DNA of 41,398 nucleotides from an uncultured Saprospiraceae bacterium (GTDB lineage Bacteria; Bacteroidota; Bacteroidia; Chitinophagales; Saprospiraceae): NCBI GenBank assembly GCA_964397575.1, contig CAYNJK010000001.1, positions 1 to 41,398 of the forward strand, read 5' to 3'. Shown piece by piece: positions 34,078 to 41,398 of this stretch (position 1 is its first letter; each line of letters starts with the position of its first letter). The notes under the pieces were generated by a model. It saw only the letters and a program-made list of their open reading frames with translations, ran no database searches and was not told where the DNA came from. The position numbers and the translations under genes were made by a program.

Positions 34078-36870
34078 TTACTTGGTTATGATTAACTTCT
34101 TGGTGATCCTGCTTGTGGCATAATCAAACTCTACAAGATAGAGCCCTGACTTAAGTCCACCCAAATCCAATGACAGTTCTTCAGTAAAACTCCTTCTCTG
34201 TGTAAATACAACACGGCCACTTACATCCCTTACACTTATTTGTTCGAGCAAATTGACTTCTTGCAGCTGAACGATGAACTGGCCTTTGCTAGGATTAGGA
34301 TAAATTATAATCTTATCTGCGTCACTTAGTCCTGTTACATTAGAAGTGACAAATACAGTTAATGGAACTCTATCAGAGATACAAAATTCATTGTTGCCAT
34401 TATCTATTCTATTGTCTATGTAGTAAGTAAACTCATCTTCATTGATAAAGTGCTCTAGTTCATTGCCTTCAAAAAGCAATGCACCACCTTCCGATGCATC
34501 CCACCAACTCAGATTATTACCTTCTAAGGCAATAACAACAGAAGGTTCTCCTGAAGCAACAGTAACATTTGCTACTTCAGGTGGGGCTGCTGCTGTTACA
34601 AAAATCTCGACGGTAGGCAATACTTCTTGATTACCATCCACATCGGTAAGTGTCACGTTATACAGCCCAGCCTCACTAACAGTAATACTATTTGTCTGGT
34701 CTCCTGTAGACCATTCATAACTATTAGAAGAAGGAGCAATAAGCTGAATTTCTTCTCCTGCACATAAGTACGGATCAGCACTGGTAACAATAGTATTCTG
34801 GCTTCCTATGGGTCTGATATTTAATGGAAACCGCTCCGTGGCACATTCAAGATTTCCATTAAAAAGTTTAGAATATGATACATACAGTGTCAAGTCAGAA
34901 GGCAAATCCTGAATTGTAAAATTATTTCCCGAGAGTGGTTGTCCTCCGACTGCCTCTGTCCACCAGAATAGAAATACGCCATTCGGCACAGTATTGGGAC
35001 CATCCGGAAGTGATATCAAATAAGGACCCTGTTCGGTAGTATCTATAAAAACATCTTGCAAGACTAAGGGTTCCAATAAGTGTTCGGTAAGCATTATGGG
35101 CTCTATGTCCGATGTGGTAGGACAATCAGATACTATTGTTGCTGAGTAGATGCCTGACTCGAATATGACATTAATGTTGCCAGTTCTTCCATTGGACCAT
35201 TCTACATCAAAAGGTACATTCAGTTCTAGGGTCTTGGAACGACCCTCGCAGAATTCAGTACCATCAGGCGCTATAATTTCATAGTCTCCTGTTATACTGT
35301 ATATCTGAACATTGTTAGTGAATGACGTGCAACTATTTTCGTCAGTAACAGTCAGGTTGTAAAGGCCAGTCTCTGAAACTTCTATGGAAGAGCTCGTCTC
35401 CCCAGTAGACCACTCGTAAGAAACAAAACCTGGGTCTGCACTTAGTAGAGCCGACTCCCCTTCGCATAACAAAGGCGCAGTCTGCACAACCAGATTAGGA
35501 ATAGCAAAAGGGCAATTAGATTCATCAACAATTATTGCCTGATCTATATCAGGACAACACAGTGTTGTAACCTTTCCTGATGGCCATCTCACAACCAAGC
35601 TGTCTATCTCAGTAGCATTACCTATGCCGAAATGTGTTGCCAGAGTACTCATAGGACTCCATGACTGTGTCGCTCTCACCTCTCGCATCTGCATTCCCCA
35701 ACTTCCATATAATTCTAGTCGTGCAGCAATACCATTGCGATTAGATTCTGTACCGATTGTATTTACTCTAAGCCAGTGATTGGCATTACCTTGATTGTAA
35801 TAAATCTCATTCCGTCGCAATACATCTATAAAGCCATCTGAATCAAAATCGCCAAGAGCGCTAGCTGGTACTTGTGTATCTACCCTTCTAAAAGTCATAT
35901 CACCATTTCCATAATAAATCCTTGCAGGAACATCGGTGATGATATCCATATTACCATCGTTATCAAAATCTGTTGCTAAAGCTTCGAAAGCGCCTAAGGC
36001 ACCACTAGGAATCCCTGTGTCGAATGCAACATCTGTAAATACTCCATTCCCATCATTTACCATAATCCTGTTCCGGACTTCATGATTAAATGTGATAGCA
36101 TCGAAGTCGCCATCATTATCAAAGTCTTCAAATAAAGTAATCCACGACTGATCAGTATCTTGTAATCCGGCTGCTGCTGCTACCTCTGTAAAATTAGCAG
36201 CACCATCGTTCTGGAATAATAGATTAATTCGACCTTCATGATCTGGCCCACCACCCTGTACGCATTTAGCAATATGTAAGTCCAGATCACCATCATTGTC
36301 ATAATCAGTCCAAGTTGTAGAGTAATTACCTGGTACTTCCTCTGGTGATTTCAATAGATCAAAATCCAGGATCAGGTTTCCCGAGCCATCATTTCTAAAT
36401 GGGTGGTTCTCGTTGTCGTCACTACAGACAAAAGCATCTAAGTGCCCATCATTATTGATGTCTGCGAAGGAGGTTCTTTGCGAAAAAAGATAATCTGGCT
36501 TGGCGTCTTCTGTGTAGGCAGAGCCATTTTCATTAGCATAGATAAATGAAACTGCTTCAATTCCACCGATAGCTAAGTCATTAAAGCCATTACCATCTAT
36601 GTCGCCAGCACAGATACTCCAGTCAGCTGTATTGGTAAATTCTTGATTGAAGATTGTGTTAGTGAAACTGCCATCATTCTGCTGGTAGTAAATTTGTAAC
36701 CGGCCTTTATTTATAGCGACTATATCATCTAATTGGTCCCCATTCATATCTACAGCGCAGTCTTGGAATGAGCCGAAAGTGCCTTGATTGAACGCGGATT
36801 TCACAAAGCTTACTTGCGACAACAATTGAAGGTGAGCTAAAATCAGAAGAAAAGACAGAATAGATTTCAT
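34078..36870 (-). CDS. FG-GAP/VCBS-repeat plus ASPIC/UnbV (CRTAC1-like) protein with Ig-like repeats and a T9SS type A sorting domain
   Basis: Repeated DxDxDGxxD loops are present (DIDGNGFNDL, DINNDGHLDA, DYDNDGDLDL, DFDNDGDFDA, DFDNDGNMDI, DFDSDGFIDV). The UnbV motif is NHWLRV…NRNGIAARLEL…VRWPSGK. There are two SYEWSTG…GLYN(L/V)T(V/L)TD modules. C-terminus: IIYPNPSKGQFIVQL…GLYLVEFDY. The start is set at the ATG at 36870 (MKSILSFLLILAHLQLLSQ signal peptide), not the TTG at 36951. Confidence 0.85.
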   Translation of the reverse strand: MKSILSFLLILAHLQLLSQVSFVKSAFNQGTFGSFQDCAVDMNGDQLDDIVAINKGRLQIYYQQNDGSFTNTIFNQEFTNTADWSICAGDIDGNGFNDLAIGGIEAVSFIYANENGSAYTEDAKPDYLFSQRTSFADINNDGHLDAFVCSDDNENHPFRNDGSGNLILDFDLLKSPEEVPGNYSTTWTDYDNDGDLDLHIAKCVQGGGPDHEGRINLLFQNDGAANFTEVAAAAGLQDTDQSWITLFEDFDNDGDFDAITFNHEVRNRIMVNDGNGVFTDVAFDTGIPSGALGAFEALATDFDNDGNMDIITDVPARIYYGNGDMTFRRVDTQVPASALGDFDSDGFIDVLRRNEIYYNQGNANHWLRVNTIGTESNRNGIAARLELYGSWGMQMREVRATQSWSPMSTLATHFGIGNATEIDSLVVRWPSGKVTTLCCPDIDQAIIVDESNCPFAIPNLVVQTAPLLCEGESALLSADPGFVSYEWSTGETSSSIEVSETGLYNLTVTDENSCTSFTNNVQIYSITGDYEIIAPDGTEFCEGRSKTLELNVPFDVEWSNGRTGNINVIFESGIYSATIVSDCPTTSDIEPIMLTEHLLEPLVLQDVFIDTTEQGPYLISLPDGPNTVPNGVFLFWWTEAVGGQPLSGNNFTIQDLPSDLTLYVSYSKLFNGNLECATERFPLNIRPIGSQNTIVTSADPYLCAGEEIQLIAPSSNSYEWSTGDQTNSITVSEAGLYNVTLTDVDGNQEVLPTVEIFVTAAAPPEVANVTVASGEPSVVIALEGNNLSWWDASEGGALLFEGNELEHFINEDEFTYYIDNRIDNGNNEFCISDRVPLTVFVTSNVTGLSDADKIIIYPNPSKGQFIVQLQEVNLLEQISVRDVSGRVVFTQRRSFTEELSLDLGGLKSGLYLVEFDYATSRITKKLIITK

Positions 36871-36934
36871 AGCAGTAAAGGTTACTAAGGGAAAACGTCT
36901 AATAGCATTCTTTCGTTGCAGGGTTTTGGGTAAT

Positions 36935-36971
36935 AAAAAATCCCTTTTCAAATATATTAAAAAGGGATTTT
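36935..36971 (-). terminator. terminator-like hairpin after the 175-aa gene
   Basis: AAAAAATCCCTTTT-(10 nt)-AAAAGGGATTTT. On the minus strand the stem is followed by a T tract. It lies 22 nt past the stop at 36993. The stem is AT-rich. Confidence 0.45.
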
Positions 36972-36992
36972 ATATGATAATTTGTTATTTCT

Positions 36993-37520
36993 TTATCTTG
37001 TCGGATAGACTAACTCAGGACTTACATTTTTTACAAATTCTCTGAGACTTGGCTCATCGAATTTTTCCAGATTTACAAACTTCCAGGTCACGCCTTCATC
37101 TATAGAGGTCGCAAATAGATTTACCCACGATTCTACTTTCTTAGAATTCATCATAAGATAGAATTTCACTGGCAAGATGGTTTGCAATTCACCTTCTGAC
37201 TCTAGAAATTCAGGATGTGCACCTACTTCAGAAGAAGAATAAGCTAAACCTTGAGCGGCAAGAGCATCTAACTCTGCTTTAAGATCCATAATCAAAAACT
37301 CTTCTCCACCACCTACTGAGATTATATCTTCATGTGTCAACTTTGCTATGGCTTCGAATTCAGAATTTACTACAGCAGTAGTATACTGTTCGGCTTGTTC
37401 TACAAGTGCTTTCGATTCTGGCACATCAGCTAATGCTATTATGTCTCCTACTTGATCTTGTGCTATAACTGACATCGAAGTAAAAGATAAAAAGCATAAA
37501 ATAGTTAGTAGTTTACTCAT
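36993..37520 (-). CDS. hypothetical secreted protein (175 aa)
   Basis: Signal peptide MSKLLTILCFLSFTSMSVIAQ. No family recognised. It is co-directional with the OmpH pair and 43 nt downstream of it. Confidence 0.5.
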   Translation of the reverse strand: MSKLLTILCFLSFTSMSVIAQDQVGDIIALADVPESKALVEQAEQYTTAVVNSEFEAIAKLTHEDIISVGGGEEFLIMDLKAELDALAAQGLAYSSSEVGAHPEFLESEGELQTILPVKFYLMMNSKKVESWVNLFATSIDEGVTWKFVNLEKFDEPSLREFVKNVSPELVYPTR

Positions 37521-37563
37521 GTTTTGTTTTAGTTGAAATATCTATTCTATAAAAATTTCAGGC

Positions 37564-38073
37564 TTATAAGCCTAATTTTGCTTTTACCAAGGCACTTACA
37601 TCAGTACCTTGATCAGCATATAAGACAAAGCCAGTAGCAAAATCAAAAATATAAGCGTAGCCATTTTCTGCTGCGACATCATCTATGGCATTTTGTATTT
37701 TCGTTTTGAGTGGTTCCAGCAATGCTTCACTTTTTTTGACAATTTCTTGCTGGCTAGACTGGTCAAACTGATAAATCTGCTGCTCTTCTGTTTTTAGCTT
37801 TGCGGCTTCTTGCTCTAGTTGTACAGGAGATAATTCTCCTCGATCTCTTTTTTGCTGAAGGTCAGCATACTTGGCTTGCAGAGCCTGAATCATGTCCTGG
37901 CCTTTCTTCTGCAACTGATTTCTGAATGTCTCTATATTGGAGTTGGCTTCCTTTACTTCTGGTATCGTCTGTATAAGTTCTTGCGAATCTATATATCCAA
38001 CTTTCTGTGCAGATAAGGAACCCACCATAAGGGTAGACAGTCCAATGATTAGGGTTGTAAGTACGGTTTTCAT
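37564..38073 (-). CDS. OmpH/Skp-family periplasmic chaperone
   Basis: 169 aa with a signal peptide. KVGYIDSQELI is followed by a long coiled-coil (…LQKKGQDMIQALQAKYADLQQK…) and a C-terminal …YAYIFD…VLYA… pattern. Confidence 0.85.
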   Translation of the reverse strand: MKTVLTTLIIGLSTLMVGSLSAQKVGYIDSQELIQTIPEVKEANSNIETFRNQLQKKGQDMIQALQAKYADLQQKRDRGELSPVQLEQEAAKLKTEEQQIYQFDQSSQQEIVKKSEALLEPLKTKIQNAIDDVAAENGYAYIFDFATGFVLYADQGTDVSALVKAKLGL

Positions 38074-38095
38074 AGTATATAAAAGTCTTCGTTTA

Positions 38096-38614
38096 TTAGT
38101 TTCTAATTCCTAGTTCTCTTTTGATTTCGTCTGTTTTATCAAACTCATCATTGGCATAAAGCAAGCCTGCTGCCCCTGCTTTGTCAAATATCAGGTCATA
38201 TCCCTTTATCTTAGCGTATTGCTCGATAGCGGTAAATACTTGATCTTGTATAGGACTTATAAGTTCTTGTCTCTTTCTAAAAAGATCACCTTCTGGACCA
38301 AATCTTCTTTTCTGCAAGTCTCTTACTTCTCTTTCTTTTGCTACGATTTCATCTTCTCTCTCAATCTTTACTTCATCACTTAGTAGCACTTGTTCTGCCT
38401 GAAACTTGTTGTACATACTTTTGATCTTATCGTACTCTTGAGCGATCTCTTGTCTCCATTTAGCGGAGATTTGATCTACTTCGTTTTGTGCTGCTTGGTA
38501 ATCTGTGAGGCTTTCTAGGATATTAGATACATCTACTATTGCCACTCTTTGTGCTGACATTGAGAAAGATGCTATCATAAGGACCAGAGAAAATAGGATT
38601 GTCTTGTAATTCAT
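38096..38614 (-). CDS. OmpH/Skp-family periplasmic chaperone (second paralog)
   Basis: 172 aa with a signal peptide. RVAIVDVSNIL is followed by a coiled-coil and …GYDLIFDKAGAAGLLYA. Confidence 0.85.
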   Translation of the reverse strand: MNYKTILFSLVLMIASFSMSAQRVAIVDVSNILESLTDYQAAQNEVDQISAKWRQEIAQEYDKIKSMYNKFQAEQVLLSDEVKIEREDEIVAKEREVRDLQKRRFGPEGDLFRKRQELISPIQDQVFTAIEQYAKIKGYDLIFDKAGAAGLLYANDEFDKTDEIKRELGIRN

Positions 38615-38813
38615 ATCTAATGTTTCGTGTTACAAAGTATACTTTAATAAGTCTATTTTCCAATTATAAGTATCAGCTTGCTTCTTAGTTTAACTATTGT
38701 TTAACCCCACAAGCTGTGAATTAACTTTTTCAGAACGGAAAGATGAGAACTTCCTCTTTTGAGGGCCAAAATCTCATTTTTATGGCAGGAATAGACCATC
38801 TATGTTCAGCTGC

Positions 38814-38860
38814 GCAAAAATAGCTGTCTTTTGCTAAGTTATAATAAGGAGACAGCTAAA
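38814..38860 (-). terminator. terminator-like hairpin after the type B cargo gene
   Basis: TAGCTGTCT-(20 nt)-AGACAGCTA. The A5 on its plus-strand 5' side becomes a T tract after the stem on the minus strand. It lies 17 nt past the stop at 38876. The loop is large. Confidence 0.4.
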
Positions 38861-38875
38861 AAGGTGCATAACTGT

Positions 38876-41398
38876 TTAGTTTATAACTGTAATACTGCCT
38901 GTAAAAGTATCTCTGGTCTGATCCTGCATTTCCAGAGTAAGGCTATAGATATATACACCAGAATTTACTATTTCACCTCTGAAGACGCCATTCCAACCAG
39001 CTTCTGGGTCATCCGGACTTACATTTTCAGTGCTAAATATATGATTACCCCAGCGATCATAGATATCAAAACTTACAATGCTTGCAATATTGTCATCGGC
39101 AAATATTCTGAAAGTATTATCTTCAGTAGTGCTGCGAGGGTCGAAGGCGTTAGGTATAAATAGTTTATATGGGACATCTTCTGTTGTTTCCTCTCTGGTG
39201 GGTCGCACGACAACTCTGACTTCCAGACTTTCCACACAACCATCCGAATTTACAACCGTCAGGTCATATAAGACTGATTCTGACGGTGCAGCAGAAGTAG
39301 ACAAACAAGTATCACAGTCCAAGCTACCATCATGATTCCAGACAACACTAGAGATTTCTGATTCTGGAATAGATATGAAAGTTACTAACTCGATAATGTC
39401 TCCTTCGTCGATAATAAAATCGGACTCCTCGATGGCCAATCCTATTTCTGAGACAGATACTACCATAACAGTATCACTTGCAATGCATCCCAGTCTCTCA
39501 TCTCTAAGTTCGAGAATATAGGTGCCGGATTCCGTAACTATCGGGTTCATAGAATCTTCATTTTCCAGATTATGACCTTCCAAGCTTATCCAGGCGGTGC
39601 TATATTCAGGTAATTGTACATTCATGCTTCCTGACAATTCTGCACTATTTGTGGTACAGTCTAGAGTTACATCAGCTCCAGCATCAACCGATAAGGCTGG
39701 CCTTACTGAAGTAGAAAGGTGACCCGATATAGTAATAGGACATCCATTCCCATCTACTGCAGATACAACATGAAACTCCAAATCACCAGTAGCTATGACT
39801 GTTTGTTCCAGATAATCTTCATCACTTTCTAGCTCCGTAACTGAACCTTCTGCATCTTCGAGTTCTACTGACCAAGGACCGATTCCTTCAAATTGGAATC
39901 TCAGTGTGGCTTCTGATCCATGACATAATTCATCCTCACTAGCTACAGAAAGAGTCGAAATAGGAAATGCATTGATTTGGGTTTCTGCCATAGAGACACA
40001 TCCGAAATACTCTACAGTTAATGAATATGAATCAGCTATATCTGAAATTAAAAGCTCATTTTGATTTGATAACGAACTGCCATTCCAACTATAATTCAAT
40101 TCATCTGGGTCTCCTGAGAAATTGACTTTTGCAGAAAGTGTCACTTCTTCACCTGGACATACACGTTCAGGAAATTGCACAATCTCTATGTCTAGTTCTG
40201 ACACCACAGTGATGGTAATCAATACAGGTTCACTTAGTCTACCATTGGTTGCATAGATATGATAACTATAAGTGCCAGCTGTAAGTAGTTCTGCAGAAAA
40301 GACATCCTCTTCGACGACATGAATTTGTCGGTTACTATCTTCAGCCCAATAGCTCACCTTCTGAAGGTCAGAGGCAAGTTGAATATATACCGTCTCCCCT
40401 GCACAGGCTGTCACATTAGTGTCTGTGATAATTAAGCTTGGTTCGTCCTGTAATTGCAAACTGGCCGTAACTACTTGCGGCACATCCTCTTTACAAGCTT
40501 TGCTTATAAAATTTCCTGTTTCGCCATCAGCCATTGTTTTAAAACTTACTGTGCAATCCGACTTAGCTGCTGTAGGTTGTGGGTTAGCTGTCAGCTCAAA
40601 GCAGACAGTCCATTCGTGTTCTTTTCCTGCACCACAGACTGGATAGTTATCATCTCCATAACCTAGATTAGGATCTGCTGTAGGATTTGTACAACATTCA
40701 TCTGTAAATTCGAAACAAGAAGGATCAAAATCATTTAGAAAAACCCAAGCATTAGGTATCGGGTCCATAAATGTTAGTCCTAAAGGGTTTTCACTATTTA
40801 GATTATAAGTTACAGTGCCAGAAGGTGTCCATAACCATTCGCCTGCGGCGTCACCTTCACAAACTGGATTAGCTGTTTGAAAATTTGTATGCCCTTGGGT
40901 CTGTAAGCTCTGTGTAATATTTATAGGTTGCCCTTCGGCGTCAAAGGAACTCGCTGCCCAACCATTACCAAACGATGGTATAATAGTCTGTAAGTAATTA
41001 CAAGATTCATTATTGAAGCCATCTATTGTATAACACCACTCTACTTTTTCTCCTGGCAAGTAAGGGCCCCACAATGCAGAACCCATAGAAGTTTTTGTAG
41101 CAGACAATGAAGAATTAGTATTACAGATATTGGGATTTTCATCCACTGTCAGACAAAGTTCAAAATCTCCTACTACAGCTTGTCCATTAGAAACAGACAG
41201 CCAATATTCCACACCGGACTTAAGTTCCAAATTAGCTAAGCTTACTTCACCAGTATAGCCTTGGTTACAAGAGACGAATCGAAGATTTGCACAACCATCT
41301 GAAAAAAAAGTAACTAATGGTGTCTCTAGCTCGGTAGAATTAAAGTCTACAAATAATATTCTTTCTTCAGCCTGAGCGGTTATGTGATACCACATAGT
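38876..41398 (-). CDS. T9SS type B cargo (CHU_C C-terminal domain) with Ig/PKD-like repeats; the N-terminus lies outside the window
   Basis: The frame is open at the window edge, and there is no signal peptide after the first Met, so the gene is truncated. C-terminus: LFIPNAFDPRSTTEDNTFRIF…FDIYDRWGNHIFS…GWNGVFRGEIVNSGVYIYSL. Confidence 0.85.
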   Translation of the reverse strand, partial: TMWYHITAQAEERILFVDFNSTELETPLVTFFSDGCANLRFVSCNQGYTGEVSLANLELKSGVEYWLSVSNGQAVVGDFELCLTVDENPNICNTNSSLSATKTSMGSALWGPYLPGEKVEWCYTIDGFNNESCNYLQTIIPSFGNGWAASSFDAEGQPINITQSLQTQGHTNFQTANPVCEGDAAGEWLWTPSGTVTYNLNSENPLGLTFMDPIPNAWVFLNDFDPSCFEFTDECCTNPTADPNLGYGDDNYPVCGAGKEHEWTVCFELTANPQPTAAKSDCTVSFKTMADGETGNFISKACKEDVPQVVTASLQLQDEPSLIITDTNVTACAGETVYIQLASDLQKVSYWAEDSNRQIHVVEEDVFSAELLTAGTYSYHIYATNGRLSEPVLITITVVSELDIEIVQFPERVCPGEEVTLSAKVNFSGDPDELNYSWNGSSLSNQNELLISDIADSYSLTVEYFGCVSMAETQINAFPISTLSVASEDELCHGSEATLRFQFEGIGPWSVELEDAEGSVTELESDEDYLEQTVIATGDLEFHVVSAVDGNGCPITISGHLSTSVRPALSVDAGADVTLDCTTNSAELSGSMNVQLPEYSTAWISLEGHNLENEDSMNPIVTESGTYILELRDERLGCIASDTVMVVSVSEIGLAIEESDFIIDEGDIIELVTFISIPESEISSVVWNHDGSLDCDTCLSTSAAPSESVLYDLTVVNSDGCVESLEVRVVVRPTREETTEDVPYKLFIPNAFDPRSTTEDNTFRIFADDNIASIVSFDIYDRWGNHIFSTENVSPDDPEAGWNGVFRGEIVNSGVYIYSLTLEMQDQTRDTFTGSITVIN

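Noticed and set aside
36871..36951. TTG-initiated 27-codon N-terminal extension of the FG-GAP protein
   Set aside because: The extension covers the upstream terminator hairpin and delays an otherwise perfect signal peptide. The ATG at 36870 is preferred.
38831..39163. 110-aa plus-strand ORF spanning the terminator hairpin and the 3' end of the type B cargo gene
   Set aside because: It overlaps the well-supported CHU_C C-terminal domain on the opposite strand, and it starts inside a hairpin.
1..41398. CRISPR arrays, IS elements or transposases, integrases, prophage genes, tRNA or rRNA genes, and defence-system hallmarks
   Set aside because: I saw no direct-repeat/spacer periodicity, no transposase or integrase-like ORFs, and no cloverleaf-like sequences in the intergenic regions I read. 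This was checked by eye only; tRNAscan, Infernal or a defence-system HMM scan would be needed to be sure.

Overview
This is an AT-rich, very compact chromosomal segment that looks like Bacteroidota. The evidence is five proteins ending in Por-type (type A) T9SS sorting domains, three ending in the gliding-motility/CHU_C (type B) C-terminal domain, and TAnnTTTG promoter-like motifs. Housekeeping genes (proC 3' end, glyQS, recX, nadC, pyrD, dnaX, carB, an OmpH/Skp pair, transporters) alternate with large secreted surface proteins. I found no rRNA, tRNA, CRISPR array, transposase or integrase by eye. The best candidate for an uncharacterised system is a tightly coupled four-gene minus-strand operon at 2642..6105. 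It encodes an SGNH/GDSL hydrolase, a NodU/CmcH-type carbamoyltransferase, a 49-aa DUF5989/SxtK-like peptide that is missing from the ORF track, and an SxtJ-like membrane protein. This matches the sxtI-J-K-L sub-module of saxitoxin clusters, but here no toxin pathway surrounds it. The carbamoyltransferase has 59 conserved N-terminal codons upstream of any ATG/GTG/TTG. Other points of interest are an A9 tract in dnaX at the domain III boundary with stops close by in both alternative frames, which may produce a gamma subunit. A 1718-aa type B cargo protein is built from about 15 Cys-rich modules that alternate strictly between two subtypes. Two Omp28/thioredoxin-like T9SS paralogs carry their domains in permuted order. 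All family assignments rest on motifs read by eye and recalled family consensus; no searches were run.
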